Part shown: positions 28,073 to 41,138 of the stretch, one piece after another
How the letters are laid out: every line of letters begins with the position of its first letter
How positions within the stretch are numbered: position 1 is the first letter of the stretch
Source: Chrysomallon squamiferum
Lineage: Eukaryota > Animalia > Mollusca
DNA length: 64,000 bases
Assembly: GCA_012295275.1 (NCBI GenBank)
Contig: CM022672.1
Coordinates: 17,484,001-17,548,000, forward strand
Direction of reading: 5' to 3'
Notes under the pieces: model-generated
Database searches by the model: none
What the model was told of the DNA's origin: nothing
Seen by the model: only the letters and a program-made list of their open reading frames with translations
Position numbers and translations under genes: made by a program

Positions 28073-29780
28073 ATAATTACTTTTCATGAAAGGTTTGTTC
28101 TTAATATTTAAAACCCAAACAAGCTGGTCATTTAAAAATACGTCTAACACGATATTATTCTTTTTTTTTTTAATTATTATTATTATTATTACTAATGGGG
28201 AAATCTCTCTGCCTCAGTTCTCAGTGCTCGAATGCGTTATTATCACTCACATTCGTCAAGGTCAAATCACACATGTGATTAAAAGCTGATGGAAAGATAA
28301 GAATAAACATTAATTGTTTTGTCTGTTTCTGACACCGTGTAATTCTTCTTTTTTTTTTTTTTTTACACATGTTGTTATCGTTTCAGACATTCATACGAAG
28401 GTGGAAATTAGTAACTAAACATGTTTTTTTAATTATTATTTATATTTGTTATCTTTATTAGGTTGTTGATTTTCCTATTAAAAGTAATTATATGAAAGAG
28501 AAATATCTCTTACCGTAACTTCATTATTAAAATTAGTCTTATTTTTTGCAGAAAGAGATATTTATTATACACCTTCCCTTAGGTAGGAAATAATATGTCA
28601 TGACCGTTGATAAACCTTTAAAGACTCATAAATGAGTTTGACTGTTAGAAGAAGAGAATTCTGCTGTTTGCTAAAATGCGTAAAAATATTTTTTTTCAGA
28701 CTAATTTACTATAATTGTGTTCATAGCAGCAATAATGCTTTTCTTTTCTTGCATTTTATTTCTTAATTTTTTGTCTCGCTTCCATTATCAGATCTTTGAA
28801 GTAAGATAATGCTATAAATGAGACAGAAAAGACAGAAAAAGGTCTGAGTGAATTATACATAAAACGTCAGATGGATGATTTTTTATTTTTCTTTCTGTTT
28901 TGTTCTAAATGTTTTAAAATATGATTTATTTAATCAGCATGAGCTGTACTTCGCCGTACCTAACATTTCTAAAAAATACAATATATTTTAAAATACGCTT
29001 AACTATTCTAAGGATGTATAAACAATTAATACACATATATTATATTTTCTATCACATTAACTAGTTTACTGCACATTTTTTTCGACTTCGGATTAACTAC
29101 ACAAATACAAACTATTCTTAATAAATAGACGAAGAAAAAAAAACATAGTGTCAATGTATGTTAGTGGTGTTACGATAAAGTCATGTCGCTTTTACCCATT
29201 AATTAAAGCCCTAAACACGATGCCATCAGCCTCATTGATATTTATCTACTAACTGGATCTGTCTGTGGAAATTTTCAACAAATACTGCAGATACCGGGAA
29301 ATTGGTTTGATTGCAATCTTAGGACTATCTCAAGTCAGGCAAACACATGTCACTGGTTCTGGTTAGGGACTGCTGCATGCCTCTGACTCTGGGCAATGGC
29401 CTGATAGCACTGACAATTCTTCATCTGCTGAATTGTTATGTGCAGCTGATGGCACAGTTCCAGGCCAGCTCTATTGCTTATGAAATAATACAATCTGCGA
29501 CGATACTGAAAAGCAATATAAAACAAAGTTCATAGGGGCTGTGGCTTGGGAAAAGCAAAATAGAAAAGAAAAAGAAAAAAAAAAAGAACTATTGGGAGAT
29601 GTCTTTGTCGTACTGTAATAGAAATAAACCATTTGTGGAAATATACTGAAAGGAACAGAAATCTGTGAGCAACAGTTCGCTAATAAATCGATAGCAGAAT
29701 AATATATAACGCAAAAAGGAAGCATACTCGCCTTTGATTTACAAACTCAGAAGTTCTATAACAATAACAATAACGATATC

Positions 29781-29826
<46 letters not shown>

Positions 29827-30257
29827 TAATAATAATAATAATAAAGAAACGTCGTGTTCCTGGAATACAATTATCTCGCATTAAAACAGAATACCTTCTG
29901 TTTATTTGATTGGATCAGCAATTGCTGTATGAAATTTAATTCAATAAGGCTGTCAGCGTCCGTAATAATCCACATTTCTCGTCTGACCCAGTACTTTGTA
30001 GATGTATCTTTGGAAGTTTTAAATTTTGTTTTATTCGATACAGACAGCCGGTAAATATTTATCGATATGAAAAGATCCTCAGCCGTTCCAGCCACACTAA
30101 TAAAATCTTGTTGGACTCGGAGGATTTTGTTCAGTCAAATGCCAGAATCTATTACGGAAATAATTTATACAGACACACATCGAAATGTGAAGTAAGGATC
30201 GTTCGACATTTAGTTAACCAGAACATTAATTTAATACTTAGTTTTGTATGTGAGATT

Positions 30258-30420
30258 GGGGTCTAGTCTAGCTGTAACAGAATTAGGTTATGAAACTTAG
30301 GACCACGGTTCGAATCATCTCGAGGGATTGTGTGTAACATTCGGAGCCCATGTAAGGAAACAGTGTATTTTAAAACTGTTTGAAACATGTTAAAACCTGT
30401 AACTAGTGCTGAGTGCTTGT
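30258..30420 (+). mobile_element. Degenerate tRNA-derived SINE fragment
   Basis: A-box-like TAGTCTAGCTG 30264-30274 and B-box GGTTCGAATC 30307-30316 at tRNA-like spacing. The cloverleaf is not intact and the 3' boundary is uncertain. Confidence 0.35.
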
Positions 30421-30577
30421 TCATTTGATTTTGAGTTGGTCTGTTTTTTGTTGTGGTTTTTTTGTTTTAAATATATATTTTTTTATATTTTTTCTCTTTT
30501 TGAGACAGTCGAAAACACAATACAGCATCAGAAATTATGTATATAACAAAATCTTAATCCTAGTATATGTGAATAAA

Positions 30578-30679
30578 CACTCACACACACCCACACACAC
30601 TTAGACACACACACACATGCACATACACACACATATACACACACACATACACACACGCACTTAGACACACACACACCCA

Positions 30680-30737
<58 letters not shown>
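30578..30737. repeat. (CA)n microsatellite with internal TTAGA duplication
   Basis: Directly visible; CACTTAGACACAC occurs twice, 60 bp apart. Confidence 0.95.
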
Positions 30738-30738
<1 letters not shown>

Positions 30739-31177
30739 CTTTTTTTTTTTTAATAAATAATAAAAAGTTGTTTTGCTACCCGCTAAAAACGAAGTATGTG
30801 TAACACAGACTTAAAGAACGATAATACGAGCCATAAGGTGTCTTGCGTCCATCTCAGAGCCACTGGCGTTTTAATCCTGAACATGAATCGCGTGCGAGAA
30901 CGGACTTGGTTAAGAAAAGAGTGGAGTTCAACAGAGAGATTAACTTGGAGACAGTTTTTATTACTTTATTATCCCTGCACGAACGAACGATGCTATATGT
31001 GGAAATAATGTCCCGCAATTAATAGTTTTAAATAGCTTTGTTAGATAAAGCTAAATTCAATAAGAAATGACTAAAATATCCAGACTGTAGGAGGGTCTAT
31101 TTGGAGAAAGCAATGTGTGTATTGATATTCAGTATATATTTTGTTGTTAATTGTGGCTAAATATATTAAGCATATAG

Positions 31178-31195
31178 TCTCTGTCTCTCTCTCTG

Positions 31196-31274
<79 letters not shown>
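31178..31274. repeat. (CT)n microsatellite
   Basis: Directly visible. Confidence 0.97.
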
Positions 31275-31275
<1 letters not shown>

Positions 31276-31465
31276 ATTATCCAAATTAGTAAGCATTATT
31301 TATTATAGTAATTTTTTTTTAAATGTAATGCTATAATTCAAATAATATAAAATAAAATAAACAACCAAACAGCCAAATGAAAGATGAACAAAATAAAATG
31401 CTTTTGACGAACATGCCAACAAATAACAATTAAAACAAATCAAAATAAAAGAAAGAAAGAAAAAA

Positions 31466-31670
31466 GACACATACACACACATACATACCTACATACATAC
31501 ACACACATACACACACACATACATACATACATACATACATACATACATACATACACACACACATACATACATACACACATACATACACACACACATACAT
31601 ACACACATACACACACACATACATACATACACAAATACACACATATACATACACGTACATGCATATACAT
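31466..31670. repeat. (ACAT)n/(CA)n microsatellite
   Basis: Directly visible. Confidence 0.95.
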
Positions 31671-32251
31671 ATCAAGGCTGTCTTGATGGCTGAACGGTAA
31701 CGTATAGTGTGAATATCATTGTTATTGTTTTCAACAGTCACGTTACCGATCCCTTTAATAATTTAACACCAGGTGTTAACGAAGTGTTACACGTATTAAG
31801 TATATAATCTCGTTCTCTCTTTAACCAAGTATTGCTTACGTTGTATACTTGATTTACTCGCGATGCCCTTCACTGAACAATCTCTTCACGCTTTAACAGT
31901 AACTGTTAATATTTGAATTTTTCTTTTTGCTTCTCTTACAATCTGTCTTGAGCTGTACAGGTGCTGAACTCTTTCTGACACGATTTCCAATGGGTGCAGT
32001 TCGTAAATTAATCTGGCTACCCAGAGAGCGCGCAGTTCCCGTAACTCTGTTTCATTATGTAACGATGAGCATCTTTGAAATCAAATGGCTTCAGCGTTTT
32101 ATGAGAACATCTGATGGCGTGAGTAGTCTTGTCCTCTAATAATAATTAAGAAAATATATCTGTATATATTTTTATTCTTGTTAGGCTAAATTAAATAGTT
32201 TACGTAGTTCAAATTGATACTCACATTTAAGAACTCAGAAGTACTGACAGG

Positions 32252-32254
<3 letters not shown>

Positions 32255-32337
<83 letters not shown>
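32255..32337. repeat. (GA)n microsatellite
   Basis: Directly visible. Confidence 0.97.
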
Positions 32338-32338
<1 letters not shown>

Positions 32339-35300
32339 AGCTTGAACAATACGTAAATTTAATAATATGGTGGTGCCGAATTAGTTTTATTTTTTCTATT
32401 TTATGGTTATTGACTTGGCTGAAGATCAGTGAACTTATTTAATTATATCTATATAAGTAGATGGTTCAATAAGGAATTGATCTAAACAACCACAAATATA
32501 TCTTTCTGACGTCGGTGGACCAGTTTAGATTAACAATGATTTTTATGTCACCAGATATTCGAATATTTCGGTCTACAAAAGGTGCTTTATTCTCCACATA
32601 TTTTCCGATATATCTGTCGGACCTAACAGCGAGAGTCCATCGATGTTCATTTAATTCTTACTTTTGTCGTAAAACCTTTAACTCCTGATATAACCAGAGA
32701 CATTTTAAAAATTCAGGCCAATCATTTAAGACTGATGAACTTTAGTTAAAAGCCAAAAAGGTTAAGTCTGACGTCACTAACTTGTTTCATCTGATAAACA
32801 CTATCGCGGCTGCTATTTTAAAGGACTCCTGTGACGTAGCTCAGTTTTCGTGTCTCGTGTCGTATTCTTCAACGTAAACGCTAATATCTACGATGTCCTT
32901 ATTGACTGATGATTCAGTTGTTGACGTTGTTAACGTTTATATTGACATGTCTCGCTGTGTTTAAACTAGCCTCGATGTCTATGTCGTTAAGCATTAAGAC
33001 TCAAATATACTAGATTGCTAAAATACATCCTTTTCATATTTCAACACATTAACACACTCTTAGGGAGACAAGTCATAATTCTAAAACTGTTGGCTGAAGA
33101 GAGAAGTGATTGAAATTTCATCTAATGTAAGCACTATGTAAAATGGTTGATTGTTTGAATCTAGATTCTTATTGATGGATTTTTCTTGTTGTGAAAAGAT
33201 GGACGTTTGTAAACGAATCAGAAAGCTTGGTCCAGTGTGATAGACTTGGATACAGAATTATCTTGCGTGACACAAAGCAGATAGTCAGTCAGTTTATTTT
33301 TTTTTAACAACGAGCAGCTGAAAAGCTACCCCCGCAAAACGTTTATCCTCCGCAGATACAGCGTTTTGTCTTTCTGTCCTTAGATATTTCTTATTATTTT
33401 CAAATTACTTCCGCAAAATCGCCCTTGTTTCCAGGAATTTTTTTAAATGGCCGCTGCATTCAATGAACAAGTAGCTTGAGCAAGAGATTTAATTAAAAAT
33501 ATAATAATTAAATAAACCTATTCAATTTTTAGATTTTAAAATATAAGACAGTTAGAACAAAACTCGAAAAAAAATCTTTAAGGCAATATTGGTCATTTTA
33601 TTCGATTTCTTCATTTGCTTCTCTTTCTTTGAAAACAAAATCTGATGGTCAGAGGGTTTGTTCTCAGTTCTAATCAGATTTGACACTTAATAGTCGTCTT
33701 TTTGCTACAGGGTGAGGCTAAACAAATATTCCCAATTATCACCGAGGACAAACCTTTCATATTCCAAAATTTCTTTTCATTTCTTTTCTTCTTAAAATAT
33801 TTTGCTGATTAATAGACTTAGTATCGCTACCAGGCATATGTATTTCTTTAACGCAAAATGTCCCTTCATTTTCGTTTCTTTATTCTCCTCCAAAAATCTA
33901 TACTGCGTAATAAAACGGATTTTACCGTGAGGCAGAAACTATTCTTTTAACGAGCTCTGCAAACCGTGTTATATATGCAGGACTTGTCAGACAGGCCTAA
34001 TTGCTTTTTAACTACGCTTAATATTTCATGAACTTAACAGTCACAGACTTGACACACTTGTAGCAGCCTCCGAATGTACGAGGACGCGTTATCGATTCGT
34101 TGTGGTACATGATGACAAAAATCTGGTCCAGCTTGTTTCTTGATGGATCCACTTGATGATTTCTGATGCTGTAACTGAATCACCCAGCAACATGTATAAT
34201 AGATACAGTCTTGCGCACAGTCATATAATCACAGAGTCACAGATGTACCAAACCATTTCTTCTTGCAAAAAACCAACACATTATACTCTGTGTATATGCA
34301 ATCTTCGTTTTTGTTTACATTCCTCTGTGTATATATATATTGATGAACTGCAAAGCTCAAAGTTAATAAAGAACTGAAGGTTTTATGTACGTAATATACG
34401 ACCACATGACACTATAATATAGTATATTATACAACAGTATGTCATGTTAAACCAAACAATACCACAGATAAGTATATCACATCATATCAAATTTATCACT
34501 AAATACGAAACCAAACGAAGTATTATCACTTAACATATGTCATTATAACCAATACACAGTCCAAGACATAGCTCACCACTCCTCACTTATCATAAAACCA
34601 TTTGATAAATAATACGATACATACGCACATATCATTTAAAAGCAGACAACAAAACATACTGCATTATATTAAACTAAGATATTTCTAAGATATTAAACAT
34701 CACAAAGTCTATTAAGTGTTTAGCTTTAAACAGTATAGAATGTTTTTGTTTATTGTTTATTTATTATTAATATTTCGTTCTTAAGTACTTTGCTTTGATG
34801 TCTTCTTTTCAAAAAAAAGTTAAAATCTGTTTGATAGTTACACCTGAATCTTGCTTTCTGTTCATGTCACTACGTACAAAATCATTCCGGATAAAAAAAA
34901 AAAAAAAAAAAAAACATTTAAAAAAAAAAGTACGCATGCGCGAACATAAAAACAAACGAACAATAACCAATATCATTAAGCAAAATCAAATCCTGCCTTT
35001 TGCAAAGCATGCGATGAAAAAGAAGAACAACTGCATGCTAAACGTAATGAGAACAAATAACATCACAGAACTTAGAAATCCTCTCAATTTTTAATAGGGA
35101 TTTGTAAGTCACGTTAATATTTTCATGCTATTAAATGTTAAACTGCATAAACTGACATGCTCCGTTTATATTCCACTCCAGTACATTCCTGAATTGCAAA
35201 TATTCCTTTTTATACATTTTCCGATCCGTTGTGTGTTATGTACGGTGTCTCCATTTTTTTTATGAAACATATTTCAATGTTCATAATCATATCTACTGCA

Positions 35301-35647
35301 CTGTCAGTATCTACATCCTTTTGTTCCCCCCCCCACGTCCTGAATCCCTTCCTGTCATGCGCTCTTGTCATGTTCGAGTAAATGTTCCAATATTCCCCAG
35401 CGTTATCTCCTAGCACTTCTTTGCTGGATGTTTGTATTGGCTTTCCTAACACATTAAACTATTTACATATAAAATATTATTGACACCCACCCATGGAATG
35501 AATTATTCAAATTTTTATCACGGGGGAAATATATCAAAATAGGACAGGAAATGAGTTGTCCATTTTCTGTGGGTTTTTTTTTTTGTTTTTTTTTTTTATT
35601 TTGCATAAATATCATGTGAGTCAACTGATATTTTGCGTTTATACGTT

Positions 35648-35690
<43 letters not shown>

Positions 35691-37345
35691 CGCGTCTTTT
35701 TGTAGATTAAAGTCATAATTCTGGTAATAAAAACTAAAATTAACTTGCTATAATAGTCAAATCGTCCATTATTGCCGATTATATTTTTAAATTATAAAAC
35801 GACAAAATAAAAAAAAAAAAAAAAAAATAAAAACAATCCCGTATTACATATAACCAGCATATTAAAAGCACATATAATGATAGCGATAGAAATATAGATA
35901 AAGATATATATATATTCAGTTAATTATTATAGTTTTCTCCTCAGTATGTAGGTTCTGACTGCCGCTGTACATTCTGGTTATAATCTCAATACATTTAATT
36001 GCGTTTCCATGGTCACATTTGTGCAATCCATTTAGACAGTATATTCAGAGTATATTACCTGACACCCACTTGCGACTTAGATGTTTGTAGGTCGAATCGC
36101 AAGGGAATTGGGTCCGTTCGACACTGGAAAAAATGACTGTCAGATTTCGATTTGCGAACACATTAATAAAAATACCATCTCTTTTTATTGTTAGGTGAAC
36201 ATCGCCACGACCTTTGTGTTGTTTGACCTTAACTGTTGGTTTGTAATGATATTGCGGTTAAAAAAGAAAGAGCATAAAATGAAGGGACTTTTATCTTTTT
36301 ACCGTAAATAAAATAGAATAACCTTTGAAATAAGATAACAGTAAAGTTTTGCTAGATAGCACGAATATGTTCGTTTTTAAAAAATACTTTTCTGAAGCCA
36401 AAGTCCGCGAAAATTAATATTATAATTTTTAAACGGAAGAAAATGTAATGCATTAAACACGTATAGTAGGACATATAACAATACAACAGATGAATTTATG
36501 GATCACACACACACTCATGCACATACTACGTACATGCATACTTACGTACACACACATGTACATTATTAACTCGAGTCAGAACGAGTCACTATAAACAAAC
36601 AAATGACATTTATTTACCTGGATACAACAACAAATCGTAGATGATAAAGTCTGATATATTCCGATGCAGAAACCTGAAGCAATCTACCGGAAATTGATTG
36701 CAAGCTTAGAGAATGCTCCTGGGATTTACCAAAGCAAAGTCTGTAAGACAAATAATTGCTCATTGCATGTTTCCTTGTATATCGCACTGCCAACAGCCAT
36801 GAAATTTTCAACGTTTAAAAACGTCGGATGGTTGTTTCTGTTTATCACGGCCGACCTGTACCTAAACGGTTTAGAGCTGTTGATTTGTTTCTGATTGTTT
36901 GCAATGTCAATCCGCCTTAGTTCCCTAGTTAGGCTACTCCTAGCCTCACAAACCAGTTTATTTATCAAATGACTTTGTTTATCTTAACCTCTCTGTACGA
37001 AGGTGCAAAAAAAAAAAAAGTGCACATATCGATAACCCATCTAGAAATAGCATACGATACAGAGGCAAACGGTTTTCTTCTTCAATATCATCATTATATA
37101 TGACAGAGAATGACTGACACTAAAAAGCCGTTAATATTAAAATTAGAAAGGATCGTTAAATCTTGACTGATTCTTTCGATCATATTTCTAACTCAGGGAG
37201 ACGTTTAGTTCCATCTGAACTACTGAGTCGCTGTGACATATCCGTCTACCAGAGGACAAAATTAAAAACAGATCATTTGCGAGTGCATGCAATTGAAGAA
37301 AGACAAGGCATAAGACATAATATTCAGTGGTGTTGGAGTTTGAAC

Positions 37346-37371
37346 AAAATAAAATAAAATAAAATAAAATA

Positions 37372-37427
<56 letters not shown>

Positions 37428-37470
37428 GCAAATAAATAAATAAATAAGTAAATAAGTAAATAAATAAATA
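37346..37470. repeat. (AAAAT)n/(AAAT)n microsatellite
   Basis: Directly visible. Confidence 0.95.
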
Positions 37471-38650
37471 AAACACAAAATAAAAAAACCCCACAAAAAC
37501 CTAAAAACAAACAAGCATAAAACAAAGTAAATTAATGACTATTTATGTTACTAAAGATTATTTAAATCAAACGTCTGACTTCATAATGACTGTATATCAG
37601 AGGAAACCTTCTCCTAATTGCAAGGCAGTTACAGACATCTTTAATATTCGCCTTCTAACACACAGCAAAGGTCATATCGTGGCAATGTTAATGCACTGAC
37701 TAGAATGGGAGATATAAAAAAACGATCCAGCAAACCATCGGCAATCAGACAAACATATACATTAGTGATATTAGAGATTAAAGGTGCTGTAACCACAGCA
37801 ATAATACTAACTTGGAGGCAAAGGTGAAAATTTTGCGTGCCAATTTGATAGATTCGAATGGGGTGTTTCGTGAATTAAGACTTTCGTATTTTTGTAATTA
37901 CAGCTTTAAATTCTGGTCATATACTACGAACTGCTAATATATACATGATTATTATTATTATTATTGTTCTTAATTTTTTATTATTTATTTATTCTTATTT
38001 TTTTAAATTTTTTTTTTTTTTTGTATCATTAGTTTCAAGCGACCTTTTAAACCATCGTGCATCTGGTGAAAGATTTGTTTTGGAATTAAAGATTTTTATC
38101 AAGGAGGAAATTTAATTGCATTTGAATGTAAAATATTTCACTGGAATAAAAGCGTTTTTTTTTTCTCTTTCACTTTTTTTCTTCATTCTTTCTATTATCT
38201 ATTATTATTTCTTTATTGTTTTAAAAAAAAAAAAGGCTTTATATTCACGTTTTTGTTCGAACTGTATGTCTAATTTCCATTAGAATGTCAGTGAGGTTAG
38301 TGACAAAGTCAGTATTTCACGTTCCAGACAATGCTTCTTGAAAATATTATCAGTTCTCTATTTTGTTTTTTCTCCCGTCTGGGGTACGTGGATACAAAAG
38401 CTGCCTGACTAATAATCAATAAGTTTGTTATGTAACGGATGTAATCTCTTGTGAAATCATTAAATAAGAAGCATGTGTCAGACATCTAATGATGATAATT
38501 GATTTAAATGAGACTCAGTTATCAAAAAATAATTTCTTTTACATTTATCACTTTGCTGAGGTATTTTAAAAAATATCTACTAATTTGTTTTCTACATTTT
38601 TCTCTCCCTTGCAAATATGTGCTAAAGTGCGTGAACGACAGTAACCCGCG

Positions 38651-38807
<157 letters not shown>

Positions 38808-39399
38808 TCTGATGTCTATACGAACAAAAATGTTGAATATTCACAACGTAATTTCTTATTTCACGAACTGAAATATCTATTCGGGATTAAAAAAAACGAA
38901 AACAAAAACGAAAACAGGATGTAATACACGGACGAGTAATTCAAAACACGTAGAAAAAAGGAGGCAGAAATCTATAATAATTAATTCATTAAACAAAGTA
39001 AATAATGCATTTCCTTCTCTCCATCTCTTACTTATAATGAAAAAGCCAACTACAATGAATTTTTTATTATTAACACTGTCGCCATCTCTGTCTCTGTTCT
39101 AAATTTTATTAGGTGTATTTTAACTTTTCTTTTTATTTTATTTTTTTAATTGTGTTATTATTATTAACACAAGAAGAAGGGAGAAGTAAGTAATTATTTT
39201 TTACTGAAGAGCAAGCGGAGGTTAAAACTCTGAACTGATCGATCCCTATTACACTTTTTGTCAAAACCTATTTGCTATCCTGTATGTGAGAAGGTACATA
39301 TAAGAGATCACTGTCTGTTATTCGACAATCATACCCTAGGAATTGCCATCTGCAAGCTTTTCCCTTATAATATTAATAAAATTAAAAATTAAAGGAAAA

Positions 39400-39459
<60 letters not shown>

Positions 39460-40499
39460 AGTAATAATAAGAAGAACTGCATGTGCACCAACAACACCAA
39501 CAATAATGAATGGTACAACATATTTGTTAATTTGATAAAAAAAAAATATGTTGAGATGATTTTAAATATAATTTAATTATATAGTCGTACAAAGTCGTGT
39601 AATTATAAAAGGAGAAAAATACGAAAAAAAAAAAAAAAAAAAAAAAAGAAGACGTAATTAGCAGGAAAATGATTACGAACAAATTTAATAAGAAAACATT
39701 ACCATGTAAGCTTCCTGTGCTAGAAATCAATAAAAACAAACGATTTATCCCCCGTTATAACATACATCTCCAGTTCATTAATATTAACAAAGTGACACTA
39801 ATGCATGTGTTCAGTTCATTATTTAGAAAATAATTGTGTTCGTGTACATGTCGCCATATTGTTGTACCGTCATTAAACGCTAACACGTTGTTTGTTTTGA
39901 AAGTTTATTTTCGTTTCTTAGGTTTTGTTATATTGCTATTTCTGAAGGTAATATCTACAGTACGATCACCGTGTGCCTTTAACGAAGAGGAATAATTAAT
40001 TATTTATTGCCCGAGCTTTTGTTTTAGGTCGCCCAGCCGAAGAATTGTATTTTCCATTCCGTTTTATGGTTATGCATTCTTATTCATAAAGTATCTAATG
40101 CTAATTCACTCAATCGAATAGGGTTTTTAAATACACTGTGTGCTATATTTAACAGTTTCTAATTAAAATATTGTCCTTTTAGTCATCTTCGACTGAAATG
40201 TTTTTTTATTTTTTTTTATTAAATAGAACAGATCTCCTTGAACCAAACTGATAAGAATGTATAAAGTGAAGAAAAACACCTCAAATGAGAGTTATAATTT
40301 CAACATAAAATTATTTCTCAATATATTAGTTACAAATTAATGTATATATATATATATTTTAGCAAGTAAGGTGTTTTCATGAGATAATCAAAGTTTAGCC
40401 ACACATACAGAGATATAGTCATACTTACAAACAGTTATACATATATACATACATACACACGCACATACACACGCACATACATACATACACATATGCGTA

Positions 40500-41017
40500 A
40501 AATATGTCTCACGTCCGCGCGTGACGGTGTGTTGTGTTTACGTTTCTGACTGTCTATACTTACACAATTTTCATGGAATTCCGCGGCTGTTGAAAGCGCG
40601 TTGCTTTGCTTATTGATCGAACGGGGAAAGTCCTCTCCGCTCTGAACGTGGGTGGAACACAGCTAGGCAGCAGACAAGGCAGGCAAGGCAGCAGGCAGGA
40701 AAACTCCTAACCGACTGGATTAGACTTCAAGCGCTCTGCGATGAATGCACCAAAGCAACTTCGGTTCACGAGATAATTCACTGTGGAGTTGCTTCACTTT
40801 TGCGATGTTGTAAATCTTGACGAACTGTGTCTTGTGAAAAACGCAAGGTGGCTTCGCTTGACAGTGCATTGTTGTTTTCTGCGTGCGAGTCAGAGCAATT
40901 ACTGTTATTACGTGTGTTTCTTTTTGATGGGATTTTTGTTTGTTTATCTAACGAGGATTATGTTTTGTTTTGTTTGTTATTTTGGGTGTTTGTTCTTGTA
41001 ACACAATTCGAGGTGTT
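40500..41017 (+). promoter_or_regulatory. CpG/GC-enriched island; candidate promoter and 5' UTR exon upstream of the 43420 coding exon
   Basis: Locally high GC and CpG (CACGTCCGCGCGTGACGG, CCGCGG, AAGCGCG), a GGCAG/GGCAA-rich tract at 40666-40700, and a GTGAGT donor at 41018. It lies about 2.5 kb upstream of the coding exon on the same strand. Confidence 0.4.
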
Positions 41018-41115
41018 GTGAGTTCGAGGAGGATTCAAATGAACAGTTTTCGTGGGAGAAAAGCAGTAATGTGTGCATTTTGACTAATGTATATATGTAT
41101 ATATATTTGTTCTAG

Positions 41116-41138
41116 GATGTTCATTATCTAGAAAACTT
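41116..41138 (+). other. Candidate 23-nt microexon (UTR or coding)
   Basis: Branch-point-like TGACTAAT at 41081, acceptor TTTGTTCTAG|G at 41115, donor CTT|GTAAGT at 41139. A possible upstream donor GTGAGT at 41018 would give a 98-nt intron. Confidence 0.4.

Noticed and set aside
31763-31779. Short palindrome TTAACACC-A-GGTGTTAA and small duplications (e.g. 1032-1058, 8713-8735)
   Set aside because: Too short to distinguish from background slippage or chance.
32730-32760. Hammerhead ribozyme cores (CTGATGA here and at about 8543, 25501, 26240, 32906 and 63579)
   Set aside because: None has a properly placed stem II followed by GAAA and a cleavage triplet.
33685-33720. Acceptor TTTGCTACAG followed by GGTGAGG (recursive splice site or 1-nt exon)
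   Set aside because: It is not an AG|GT junction, there is no supporting exon, and such matches are expected by chance in T-rich DNA.
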